Of a DNA stretch of 64,000 nucleotides, positions 1-11,351 are shown in pieces. The notes beneath the pieces are model-generated. The model did no database searches and was not told where the DNA came from. It worked only from the letters and a program-made list of their open reading frames with translations. A program made the translations under genes and the position numbers. Each line of letters opens with the position of its first letter. Position 1 is the first letter of the stretch. Origin of the DNA: Hormiphora californensis (Eukaryota; Animalia; Ctenophora); contig CM035354.1 in assembly GCA_020137815.1 (NCBI GenBank), positions 5,208,001 through 5,272,000 of the forward strand. The letters are read 5' to 3'.

Positions 1-144
1 TGCACAAAGTGCGCGGCGTTACAGTGCAAAATGTGTGCGTTAAAATTTTAAAATTTTAACGTGCGCATTATGCGCCTTAACGCTGCGCACTCTGCACCGA
101 TTTTCCTCAAGTCCTCACGAGATATAACAATAGCTCTTCCATAG

Positions 145-2876
145 GAGCACATAGCGGAACTAGAGAGTGGAATTAGCGCACTAAAAGCTGCCAAGAAACT
201 ACACTGGGAGGAGAGAGAACGGACTAGTAGTCTAGTCGAGGTGCAAAGACGGCAGACCCTCGCTGATCAAGGCATCCTTGAGTGGGTGCTGGAGAAAACA
301 ACGACAAAAAGCAGTAACTCTGTACAGTTGCTGCAGAGGGAGAAAGAGGAACTTGTAACAGAGTATAAGGGACAGAGGGGAAGTGTTGAAAAGATGAAGG
401 GGGAGCTACAAGCTAGTATCAACAACCATACAACACTTGCTGAGCAACCTAACCAGTCGGAACAAGTCCTCCAGGTATTTAATCAGTTAGTGTCATACAA
501 ACCAATAATTGTACAATACCACATCTCCAGATATATAAAAACTGGGTCTCGAAGTGTATATTTCCCCTGCAGGAAAGTCTGTCAAAGATTCACAAGTTGA
601 GAGATAAGTTGAAGGCAGGGAATGAAAAACTAAAGGATCTGAAGGGATCAATAAGAGATGTTCAGGACAAACTCAAGGTAAAACTACACGATACATATCT
701 TAGTTTGATAGTTTGGGTTGTTTTTTATCGTGCTGGGAATAAAATTTGAGAAAAAAGAAGCCCTTGATTCATGGTTGGCCCATGACCCATGACCCCTTGG
801 CATCGGTCTATGATAACTAGGAATCGGTAAGGTTATAGCATGCCAAACTCTGCCCCGTAAGGCAGAACGACATTGCAACCTTGTCATACGATAACTAGGT
901 TTGGCTATTTCATTACCGACTGGGATATCCTCTGATATCCTGTAGTACTCCGTTGCCGTTGCTTTATATCCTCCTATCGTAATATTGGAAACTGTCTCCC
1001 CTTGCCAGTGGCTCACACACTCATCTTTACTACTGTTAGAGAACGTAAAGTTGACCACCACCACCCCATCACACCACAACACCAAGTACATCTCACTTTT
1101 GGCTAGAGTCCAAGTTTTCTCTGTCGTCATGTTGCTCGGTTGAACCTCCATGGCACAGTACCACCCATCAGAACAGTCATCTGTACAATGTTCTATCTTG
1201 TATTCGAACTGGTTGGCAGCGAATTTAACCCGGAACTTCCCGGGGTCGAGATACAGGAGTATTTCATCGTTAGTACCAAGGGAGGTATTGGTCCAGAGAT
1301 AGAGAGGTCCATCACCACCATCTAGATCGTGTTGTATTGTTGTAGAGTTGTTCACAATCACCCAACCTGCAAGAATCACAATGGTAAAATATGTATCTCT
1401 ATCAGTGATAAATCAATCGATCAAGTAAATTTGTGTACTCATCCTACCATGGAAGACATCCCTAATAATCCCTAACAATCTCTGAACTTACCTGTCCCGT
1501 TGGGTTCCGAGACTGCCGCTGAGATTTGGTATAAAATAAGGAGAGCAAGCATACTGTAGACCATATTTAGATGTTATGATCTATGTTACCTTTGAGGGTC
1601 CTTGCGTTGCAGTTCTTCCTCAACAGTATTTGAATATGCATTACATAATAAGGAAGACTTCTGGAGGATGAATACTAAAGTAGTGTCATGTCCTTACTCG
1701 AGTTTTAGATCTGGATGTCTTGACTAACATTACGAAAGATCCCCAGCCTAGTTGAGGTCATATTTTATTCACCTAGTAGTATCCAGCTAACTCCGGAGTT
1801 GCTTTTTTCCCTCAAAGTTGCCGCATAGTTAATGCATCGTTCATTTATGAATGGTTAATGATGGTGACCGGGTAGACTCAAGAGTTTCCTGTCCTCTCAC
1901 TATATCATTATTATCATTATACCTCCCAACTATATCTCCCCATATTGTATCTCCTAATATCCTATCCTAAACCCCACAGACAGAGAAAGCAGTTGGTGGG
2001 GGAGAGGAGAGGGAGATAGCAGGGAGTTTTACCCTCACCCTGACCCTCCGGCAAGATGAGATGGGCCAGTTAAAGAAGGACAATGAGACCTTCCTAGAAG
2101 AGGAGAAGGAGAGGTTGATGGGAGACGCAGAACAGGAGATAGCTGAGGTATTTGCACAGGATCAGACAGTGCAGGGGCCATTATTGGTTCCGTTATTTCC
2201 ATTTCTTCATTCGTGTGTATTGTAAATGAAACAATCCCTATATTCATAGATTCGTATATTTGTAACACCCCCTCCCCTCCCCCTCCCAGATAAGATTGTC
2301 AGCGACCCAGGGTACCACACTAACCCCCTCCCTCTCCCAGATAAGGTTGTCAGCGACCCAGGGTACCACACTAACAATGGAGCAAGTGATGGCAGTGCAA
2401 GAGAGACACGCCCAGCAGTCAGCGCAGCTTGCACACGTTGCCCTACATGTGCAATGTCTCCAGGCTGAAAATGAGAAGCTGAGAGAGAACATAGGAGCAC
2501 TTACTACAGCTCACAAGGTATTGCACTGCAGCAGAGTAGGAGGATGTATTTTGTGTGCGGTTATTGTTGGTTAGCAAGGCTAATACTCTTCTCTCCTATT
2601 GCTAATCACTTATTTGAAGCTGTACTACTTTTCTATTGTTTCTCTAAGTATCTAATCCCACTTCAGACCGAGACAGAGACCCAGAAATCTCGGAATCTCC
2701 TTGTTTTCCGACAATACAAGGATTATCACGAGGATATGAGACGAGAAACGAACACCCGGTACGAGCAACTTGTGGCATCGTGTGTACAGGATGCTATATT
2801 CCTCTCCTCCAAGAATGCAGAACTAGCTGAGGAAAATACAGAGTTGAAGAAGAAACTGAAACATTACACGATGTAG
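145..2876 (+). CDS. 3' part of a multi-exon coiled-coil protein gene (exons about 145-474, 573-677, 1980-2147, 2290 or 2341-2517, 2666-2876); 5' end lies outside the window
   Basis: GT-AG bounded exons join in phase 0 into a continuous E/K/Q/L-rich heptad-like frame ending ...ELKKKLKHYTM*. Confidence 0.75.
684..1564 (-). CDS. Nested antisense gene for a secreted protein with a ctenophore-type beta-rich, Cys/Trp-containing domain (exon 1 1564-1492, exon 2 from 1366; true 3' end uncertain)
   Basis: Signal-peptide exon MVYSMLALLILYQISAAVSEPNGT splices (GT 1491, AG 1367) in frame to ORF 684-1379 (PLYLWTNTSLG...YKIEHC...KTWTLAK...LVLWCDGVVVVNF...C). It lies wholly in host intron 678-1979. Confidence 0.75.
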
Positions 2877-3489
2877 AAAGTAGTTGTTGTACATTTGCTT
2901 GACGCATGCTTTGATAGTAATCACTGAAACCGAAAGACAGAACGTTTGACGAAATACGAATGAATAAATTGCCGTTTTTGTTGACTATGACTATGAGAAT
3001 TTTTAACCTTGATTCAGATATTTCCTACGTTGTTTATAACTTTAGAGTTTATCATCACCAACCAATTAAGAAGATAACGACTTTTCATGTGCTTTACACT
3101 CGAGTAACCTTGAGAACAGCTCCACCTGCAGCAAGTCTGGTGCGCGCGGAGAGTGCTTTTTGATGAAAGCTTCCAACGTCAACATTTTGTGCAACATCAA
3201 AGTGTGCGCAGACAAAATGTTACGGAACGCGCGAAAATATTTAACGTTCCTTTCAAATATTACGCCGCGCAGAGCGCGTTTTAACAAAGAAATTCCAAAT
3301 TTGATATTTTGAAATCAAAATCTGACCGCGAAAAAGAAAATTTTCAAACGTGAAAAAATGAAAAATCTTAAATTTGTATAAAATTTCCCCACCCTGACGT
3401 CTCTGCGATTAATTAATCTGTAGAACAGCTCATAACTCTTCCCCTCTCTGGTTGGGTACATGTTGATGCTTCTTTTCTCCCTCTGTCAG

Positions 3490-3640
3490 GCCTCCGCGTC
3501 CGGGGGCTTCCGCCTTCCATCCTCCAGGGGCAACTCACTTACGAGCACTCACGTCTCACACGGCAGATACTTTGGACATGTTTAAGGTCATGCTGGGACG
3601 GTGGTTCGATCAGTACCCTGACAATCCACCCGTTCAGGGT
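3490..3640 (+). mobile_element. Probable decayed 3' end of a CR1/L2-type LINE ORF2
   Basis: Frameshifted translation GLRVRG.../...LRALTSHTADTLDMFKVMLGRWFDQYPDNPPVQG resembles the C-terminal 'FK..LD.WL...PD.P' motif of CR1/L2-like RT ORFs. Confidence 0.35.
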
Positions 3641-4140
3641 TGAAGAACTTAGAATGGGAATTCCATCTTTGATTGGGTATTAGCGGTTCGTGCGAAGGGC
3701 GAAGCAGGGAGGTCTGAGATACTGACACCCAGGGACGGCGCGGCCTGGGCCTTAGGCCCAGCAAGTCCCTAGGTGTCCGGGGACAGGGACAGGGTGTCAG
3801 TGACACCGTTTATGTTTTGTAATAAAGCAGAAAGCTTTTTCAATGAGACCACATCGTATTGACGCAAGTTGCAATAGTCGCTTTAGGTTCCTCTAACTCT
3901 CAGAATTTAGAAGATGTTGCTATTTCCACTACTGAAAGCTGGAGCCCGGATTATCAATTGTCTTGCGATTGGCGACTGGGTCTCCGACCGACAGTCTTGC
4001 CCAAAAGTCGAACACCATTCTTGAGTTGGACTTGTAAATTTGTTTGCATTAAGCTTCAGTTAAACTTGGTGCTTCAATGAAAATAATGCTCTGCCATAAA
4101 TATTTGAACTGGCACTTTGAACTACCACCCTCACTCTCAT

Positions 4141-4184
4141 TATAGCTGAAGACGTGATACACAGTGATCTCGAAAGCTTCTGTC
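4141..4184 (+). ncRNA. Minimal type I hammerhead ribozyme in the 5' pLTR
   Basis: atag-CTGAAGA-[stem II cgtgatacacagtgatctc]-GAAA-gc-TT-ctgt: CUGANGA and GAAA cores, stem I auag/cugu, palindromic AGCU stem III. Confidence 0.7.
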
Positions 4185-4228
4185 AATTTATTTGATTTAG
4201 TACCATTATATCGTTGTCTATCTTGTTA

Positions 4229-6901
4229 ATGTATCCTGGTACTCCCACAACCTCCCTGGAGCATCCTCAACCTGGTACAGCCTCCAGTCCGCCACCATCA
4301 TCTTCACCTACTCCACCTACTACTACACACCAGTCCTTCTCCGATTCCTTACTCGACTCCTGTGGCCCTGCTGCTGTCACTCTCTCCAAAACCTACTCCA
4401 AACTCCAATCCAAACTCGTCACCTACTCTTGCCACATTTCGTTCCTCAAATCATGTCGTGATCATCACTTTGTTCCGAAAGGCCTTTGCCTAAACGGTCC
4501 TGTTAGCTCACCTCGTGCATCTGATATCATCAATAAAGCATCTGAACTACTCGTCACTGAACGTTTGAACTTCTATCGCAAATCCTATTCAACCACTGAA
4601 CGTAATGCCAACAACACTGCCCTCAAACTCACCCCATTGTTGTCCACACAGTTTCAATCCATTTTTCAGTCACTTATTGCTAAGAAATCCTGTTCCCTTC
4701 ACCATTCTCTGATGACGTCTCACCAGAAGAAATTCGGTGACCTCCTCCGTTACTACAACTCCCCCTCCGCCAACCCCTACTCCCTACTTCGAGACTTCCA
4801 CATCTCATCTCCCTCCATCTCTGGACCCCTACGTACTACTACTCCCACTACCCCAGCTCTGGATACCTCTAAAACTGTTATTAACCTATCTTCTACTACC
4901 CTCTCTCCAGCTGAGACCGACGTCCTATCTCTGGGCCTGAAATTCTCACCTACTACCATCTCTGACCCTGTTGCCCGTATGGCTCCTGCTTTACAAGCTG
5001 CCCTCAACCTTCTTCCTTCTGGTATGGACTCTGCAGCCTCACACGAAGTTACTACTGTCCTCTCCTCCTACAAACCTACTAAACGGAACGACAACCTATC
5101 CTCCGAACAACGACTAGCCCTGAAATCCCTCCATGATAAACGCGACACCCTCCGATTCCTTCCTGCTGATAAAGGGAATGCAACTGTAGTCCTTGATGAA
5201 CAACAGTACCTAGATAAAGTCTACCAACACATCGACGCCGCCAACGCCTATGAAGTCCTTCCCTCCGACCCTACCTCCTCTATCTCTGGAAAACTAGACA
5301 GGACCCTGAAGAAGCTTGTTGCTGAGGGGTCCTTGTCTGATAAACTACGCTCCTGTATGCGACTGACCAACCCACGATATCCTCAACTCTACGGCCAACC
5401 AAAAATCCACAAACCTGGCGCACCCATCCGACCGATAGTTGCCTTCTACAACAGCCCTCTCTCTGCCCTCCATAAAACCCTCTCCAACATCCTCAAACCT
5501 TTAACCTCTTCCTCCATCCGTCTCAAGGATTCTAACGCCTTTGTCCAACATCTCGCTACTACCAACACCCCTTCCTATCCCTACTATTTCTCTTTGGACG
5601 TGGTATCCCTCTACACCAACTGCGATATGCACACTGCCGTGGACACTGCCATCTCTCGCCTTGAGGAACAGCCTGACCTCCTACCTTCTCCTCTAACACC
5701 TCAAACCTTGCGGACCCTTCTCCTCTTCTGCCTTGATAATGCCTACTTTGAATTCGACGGGAAGTTCTACAAACAGACCTCTGGTGGAGTTATGGGATCA
5801 CCCCTCACTGTAGCCCTAGCTGAAATCCGCACCTCCCAACTGGAACAACACGCCCTGGATACCTTCTCCGACCCCCTTCATTCTTACCGACACTTTGTAG
5901 ACGATGGAATAGGAGCCGCCCGAGACGCCGATCACGCTACCGCCTTCCTACACCACATCAACTCCCTCTCTTCTGACCTCCAGTACACCATTGAACACCC
6001 CAAGGATGGCTACCTACCCTATCTTGATGTCCTCATCCACCCTGATCTTTCTACGTCTATCTACAGGAAACCTACCCACACCAACCTCTACCTGAAATAC
6101 AACTCCTCTACCCCAGCCTCTACTCGACGCTCCGTCATCCAGTCCCTCACCAGACGTGCCTACACTCTCTGCTCTCCTCAACATGTGGAACAGGAACTCG
6201 ACACCGTCTACTCTATCTGCCTGGCTAATGGATTCCCTCCTCACGAGACAACCACCCTGATGGACTCTGTACGTGATAAACTACACAGGAAACCCACTAT
6301 TGGTGACTTCGACCGTGAATGGAGAGACTCTCAACGCATCACCCACAGGATCTCCCTTCCTTATCATCCTGACCTGGCCAACCCACTGAAGAGGATCCTC
6401 AACCGCTACAACATCGCTGTATCCTTCTCTTCTTCTTCTACCTCCATTAGGAACACCCTCACCCGTACCAAATCCTCTACTCCCTCTTCTTCAACGTGCA
6501 ACGTTATCTACCGTATTCCCTGTCTGGACTGTCCTGCTTCCTACATTGGCCAAACCAAACGACCTGTTCTTACTCGCATCACGGAACACGAGCGCCATCA
6601 CCGCCTTGATAACTCTACTGATTCCTATGGAAACATCAAATCCGCCCCTGCCCTACATGCCCTAAAATCTTCACACACCATTGGCTGGAACAACACGGAA
6701 ATCCTAACTACTGCTCCATCCTCTTCCCACTTGGATCTCCTAGAACACGCTGCCATTACCATCCTCAAACCTGAACTCAACCGTACCCTCAAGGGACCCG
6801 CCATCAATCCTCAGTGGAACTCCCTCCTTCCTCGGATCACCTCTTCCTTCCGTCCTAGACCCAGCAACATCTCCAAGTTCGGATCACCTACCGCTTCCTA
6901 G
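4229..6901 (+). CDS. Penelope reverse transcriptase / GIY-YIG endonuclease polyprotein
   Basis: Motifs PADKGNATVV, LYGQPKIHK, SLDVVSLYTN, GVMGSPL, FVDD, IYRKPTHT and VIYRIPCLDCPASYIGQTKR; uninterrupted frame; ATG supplied by the end of the 5' pLTR. Confidence 0.93.
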   Translation: MYPGTPTTSLEHPQPGTASSPPPSSSPTPPTTTHQSFSDSLLDSCGPAAVTLSKTYSKLQSKLVTYSCHISFLKSCRDHHFVPKGLCLNGPVSSPRASDIINKASELLVTERLNFYRKSYSTTERNANNTALKLTPLLSTQFQSIFQSLIAKKSCSLHHSLMTSHQKKFGDLLRYYNSPSANPYSLLRDFHISSPSISGPLRTTTPTTPALDTSKTVINLSSTTLSPAETDVLSLGLKFSPTTISDPVARMAPALQAALNLLPSGMDSAASHEVTTVLSSYKPTKRNDNLSSEQRLALKSLHDKRDTLRFLPADKGNATVVLDEQQYLDKVYQHIDAANAYEVLPSDPTSSISGKLDRTLKKLVAEGSLSDKLRSCMRLTNPRYPQLYGQPKIHKPGAPIRPIVAFYNSPLSALHKTLSNILKPLTSSSIRLKDSNAFVQHLATTNTPSYPYYFSLDVVSLYTNCDMHTAVDTAISRLEEQPDLLPSPLTPQTLRTLLLFCLDNAYFEFDGKFYKQTSGGVMGSPLTVALAEIRTSQLEQHALDTFSDPLHSYRHFVDDGIGAARDADHATAFLHHINSLSSDLQYTIEHPKDGYLPYLDVLIHPDLSTSIYRKPTHTNLYLKYNSSTPASTRRSVIQSLTRRAYTLCSPQHVEQELDTVYSICLANGFPPHETTTLMDSVRDKLHRKPTIGDFDREWRDSQRITHRISLPYHPDLANPLKRILNRYNIAVSFSSSSTSIRNTLTRTKSSTPSSSTCNVIYRIPCLDCPASYIGQTKRPVLTRITEHERHHRLDNSTDSYGNIKSAPALHALKSSHTIGWNNTEILTTAPSSSHLDLLEHAAITILKPELNRTLKGPAINPQWNSLLPRITSSFRPRPSNISKFGSPTAS

Positions 6902-7030
6902 CTGCTCTCCTCCCTGGATCACTTACCTCTCTCCCCTCCCTGGATCACCTCTCCTTCCTAACCACATCTCCTCCCTCTGGATCACCTGTCTCTTCTCCTC
7001 CCTTATAAGGACTACCACCCTCACTCTCAT

Positions 7031-7074
7031 TATAGCTGAAGACGTGATACACAGTGATCTCGAAAGCTTCTGTC
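7031..7074 (+). ncRNA. Minimal type I hammerhead ribozyme in the 3' pLTR
   Basis: Identical copy of 4141-4184. Confidence 0.7.
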
Positions 7075-7349
7075 AATTTTATTGATTTAGTACCATTATA
7101 TCGTTGTCTATCTTGTTAATGGCACTTCTAACTTCATTCAAATTTTTGGCTGTAAAGATATAACGTGTTAAAAGCTAGCGTGCATATAAATCTTTCATTT
7201 TCATATATAATTGTTTGATATTTCTGTCATCTTTCGGTAGAGAAGGATGTCAAGAATGGGTTTTACAATGGGCATTAGTAATGAGCTGTTTAGTAAACAT
7301 TAAACATTTATCAGTAAACTGTTTACCAACCCTCCCCAAACAACAAGTA

Positions 7350-8294
7350 CCGTGTGGGGCAATAAAAAGTCCCCCCTAAGTCTACCATAGTTCCAGATAT
7401 CGTGGAGTGCTAAAATTTGGTACAGCTACTCTATGAGACAAATAAATAACTTGTCCAAAATTTCAGACCTCTAGCTCAAAATTCATTTTTTTGGTCGGAA
7501 TGAACATGGTCATTCATTCCAGAAAAAAATATATTTTCCGGTCCAAAATTCAACCAATTATGTTAGGCTATCGATTAGCTTTCCAATGTGACCGAGATCA
7601 GTTAAATTGGACCACCACAAGAGATACAGTGTCATGTTTCTTAAAGTTAGTCAGGTCATGTGATCCTCACCGAATCGTGGAGTATCCGGGATTGCTAATC
7701 GGGCCAAAGGGCAGGGGAATCTCGTATCATGGCCGCTAATGAGGTATGTGTACCAATTCAGGGTGATGTGATTCGAGGAAAGAGGACATTTACCAAAGAG
7801 CAACAGATCTCATGACCAATCAGCATCGTCATCCCTCATTAGCAGCCGTGATACGTGATTCCCCACCACTTAGACCGATTCGCAATACTGAACACTCAAC
7901 GATTCGGTGAGGATCACATGACCTGACTAACTTTAAGAAAAATGACACTGTGTCTCTTGTGTTTGTCCAATTTAATTGATCTCGGTCACATTGATAAGCT
8001 AATCGATAGTTGTTATGTTCTAACCCTCCCTTTACATTTGTACAGCGTGCGAAAAACAGTCTAACTTGGCAAATCGATAGCCTAACATAATTGGTTAAAT
8101 TTTGGAACGGAAATTTTTCTTCTGGAATGAATGACCATGTTCATTCCGATCAAAAAAATTTTGAGCTAGAGATCTGAAATTTTGGTCAAGTTATTTATTT
8201 GTTTCACGTAGTTACTGTACCAAATTTTAGAACTCCACGATATCTGGAACTATGATAGACTTGGGGGGGGGGGACTTTTTATTGCCCCACACGG
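7350..8294. mobile_element. Foldback MITE, Tc1/mariner-like (TA TSD)
   Basis: TA-CCGTGTGGGGCAATAAAAAGTC...GACTTTTTATTGCCCCACACGG-TA; inverted arms about 400 bp. Confidence 0.88.
8010..8072 (+). mobile_element. 63-bp TTG...CAA mini-element inserted in the MITE right arm
   Basis: Absent from the left arm; flanked by a perfect 8-bp TSD atcgatag (8002-8009 and 8073-8080). Confidence 0.85.
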
Positions 8295-8322
8295 TATACT
8301 AACACCCCACTCTATTAATCTA

Positions 8323-11084
8323 GCCCCTATGAAGGTGATGTGAGTTCCACTCTCTCTCTGTGATCTATATATCTACTGGGATGCCTAGGAATGCCTTCTA
8401 CACAAAACCTGCTCCAGAAAGTGAGGATGACCTTGAAGTACCTGGTCAGCCCTTTCTGGGGTTGCTGGGAATATTATCCGAGTATTACAAGTATAGGGAA
8501 CCTAACCACAAACAGGGGAGAGCACTTGCTAATGCACTAAAGTACCTCTACAGAGAGAAAAAGGTATGCACGCGACGGGTCTCTATTTTTTCTTTCTCGC
8601 AATTTTTTTGTCACTGATTATCAGGTTTTAAACCCCGATGAAAAATCTGTGAAACATTTCCTTGACTTGAATAATACTTTCAGAAGAAAGCAAATGGAAC
8701 TGTTGATATGGATTTCGGTTTGGAAATTCTAAATGCAGTTGAAAATGTAGGTTTTGTTAAATTATCACTCCTTTTACATCCCAATCTCTTTAGTTTCGCC
8801 CCTTTACACCCCATTTATTGCAGGTAAAAGTGAACATCAAACCTAAAGAGGCACCCAGTACCCAGGGGGAACCATCAACCTCTAAAGATTCATCAGACCA
8901 ACCCTCAAAACGTGACCAACCTGACAGCTCAATGAACTCTACTAATGCTCTGGACGATTTCAGTGATTTTGATTTCAGCTCTAGTGATTCGTCTAGTGAC
9001 GGGTTAGGTTCAAAGATTGATGATCTAGTCAGAATGGTCAAGAACACTGTAAAAAAGAAAAAGAAGAAGAAAAAGCGAGACCAATCTCCCTCTTGTGATG
9101 ATAAAATTCCGACGCTCAAGATAAGATTTGGAAAAACAGACGACTCGGATGGGGAGGTGCACATTTCATCTCCTGCTCGTTCTGCCACTACCCCCATGAA
9201 GCTAAAAATCAAGTTGGGATCAGTATCTACACCTCTCCTACCACCCCCTCCCCTTCTAACCCTCCACCCATCCTCCCCCGACCAGTCACCACCCTCCCCT
9301 GATTACGAGGCACAATATCCCGTAGTCAAGGATTGTCCAGTACAACCACCCCTAGAGGCCGAATACCAATCATCCTCACCTAGTATTGAAGAAGAAGAGG
9401 AGGAGAAGTTACCTATAAAACCTCTGAAACTAACACTCCGTATGCAGCAGACACCCCCACACCTCACTCCCCCTTCAGCTGAACCTGTCCCGGCACTACC
9501 CAAGTTGAAAATGGCCCCACCATCCCCGCCCCACAAGGCAGAGTGCAGAAAGCGCAAAAGAGGCACGTCACCAAAACAACACCACTCACCCGCACCAGCT
9601 GCTGTATCTGTCCCTGCTGCTCAACCCTTCCCCGTGCTGAAATTCCCCACTCTGTGTATCCGGAAGGAGCCCCTTGTGGAGGGAGGCTCTGAATCACAAG
9701 ATGGGGAGAAACCTGTGGTGAAGAAGAAGAAGAAGATGACGGTAGTTAGTTTGGCTATTGAGGGGAAACATTATTGGAGGAGTGGTATTTTCAGTAATAG
9801 TTTGAAACAGGATGACCCGGATAATCCGTGTGACGAGCTAGATTTCCGTTCTAACATCCTTCCTATATATTGTGGTAAGTGAGTCCGAGTTAGTGGTTTC
9901 TACTTTCTATAATATAGGGGAATTTAAAGGGGGAATATAACACACAGTGTGCAGCTGCTGTTTCACTATTTTGTGCTGTGCGGCCCTTTGTTACACAACT
10001 TGTGCCCTTTTCTATTTTAAATACAAACCCTCTCCAGGTATTAACTACATGAAAAAGAAGTCCGATTTTACCATTCCGTTTGAGATTTGTTGGATGAACG
10101 AGCATGGATGTCTACCTAAGCGACGCCGCTGCAAGAACTCAATATCGGTGTGTAGGGCGCGGGGCGCGCTATCCTATACAAAGTGAATCGTCCGAACAGC
10201 GCGCATTCTGTCCACCCGCCTAGCCACTGCCTTTAGGTATTGGGTATCCCCCTCCCATTATCTATCTACTAATTGGCAATTAGCATAATTCTACTGACAT
10301 TCTTTTTGTTCTTTAGTTTCTTGATGAAGCGCTGAAGACCAAGAAATACAACCTTCCCTCACTCCTGGAATGTGAATACGTCTTTGATGAACATATCGAC
10401 AAGAGAAAGAAAGGTAAGTGATTCACTAGCAGTAGCTGTCAGCTGTGCAATTGAGACTTTGTTCTAACTTTAGTAATATCTCACTATCTCTTGACTAACA
10501 TCCTCGTCTCACAGGAAAGAAAGGTAGAGGAAGACGGAAGGCTCCTGCTAAGAAAGGCTCCTCCAAAAAAGAAGACCCCTGTCACTACCCCCACTACAAT
10601 AGAACCATCCACTACACCGACATCATCAGTAACACAGGAGGAAGAGGAAGAAGATTCAGCCTGTGAGTCTCCTGGATTAGTGATACAATCTGATTGTGAC
10701 TCTCCCCTACCTCTGAGGGACGGGGATCCACTAGATGATGGGGTGTCTCCTATTAGTGACAACAAGACATCCCACCCACCACCTCTTACTACTCCTAGTG
10801 AGTCTGATAGTACTAAGACAGAGAACAGCGAATCTCCTAAGGACTACAGCAACAGTCCAGTACCCTGTCCCCCGCCTCTAGCTGCTAAAGCCAGCCCACA
10901 CCAGGCTACTATTGGGGGTAGTCCAGCCACCATCCAGACCCCAGATAAGGTTGAGGACAGTGTATGTGAAGAGAAGGACAGTCATAAAGACAGCCCCCTC
11001 CAGAATTTCTATCATGAGGATGCCAGTCAGCAGCAATTCAATAGCAATAATGTGAAACAGACTCCCAAAACAATTAGCCTCTAA
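8323..11084 (+). CDS. Multi-exon Lys/Pro/Ser-rich nuclear protein with an ASH1L pre-AWS-like motif and no SET domain seen; 5' exons unresolved, apparent single-base frameshifts
   Basis: Exons about 8323-8563, 8824-9874, 10038-10147, 10317-10413, 10515-11084. PKLKIR-like motifs and poly-K NLS. The spliced sequence reads KHYWRSGIFS...LPIYCGINYMKKKSDFTIPFEICW. Confidence 0.6.
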
Positions 11085-11259
11085 TAAGGCAGAAACAGTT
11101 CCGTAAACTTTGTTTAAAACAGGGTCAGTTTTTTAATATGGAAATATTTTTAGTCCTCCCACGTGTTGAAGAACGTTTATATGAAATAGTACATTATTAT
11201 GCATACTGTATGCATAACGCCGCCCATATCAATTGTATGTATTATACACTAAAGGAAGG

Positions 11260-11351
<92 letters not shown>

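Larger units (their letters stand above)
4121..7121 (+). mobile_element. Penelope-like retroelement with direct pseudo-LTRs (4121-4231 and 7011-7121)
   Basis: A 111-bp near-identical direct repeat flanks an RT+GIY-YIG ORF. Candidate TSD tggcactt at 4110-4117 and 7120-7127. Short ccctggatcac repeats occur around the ORF end and 3' UTR (about 6830-6990). Confidence 0.93.
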
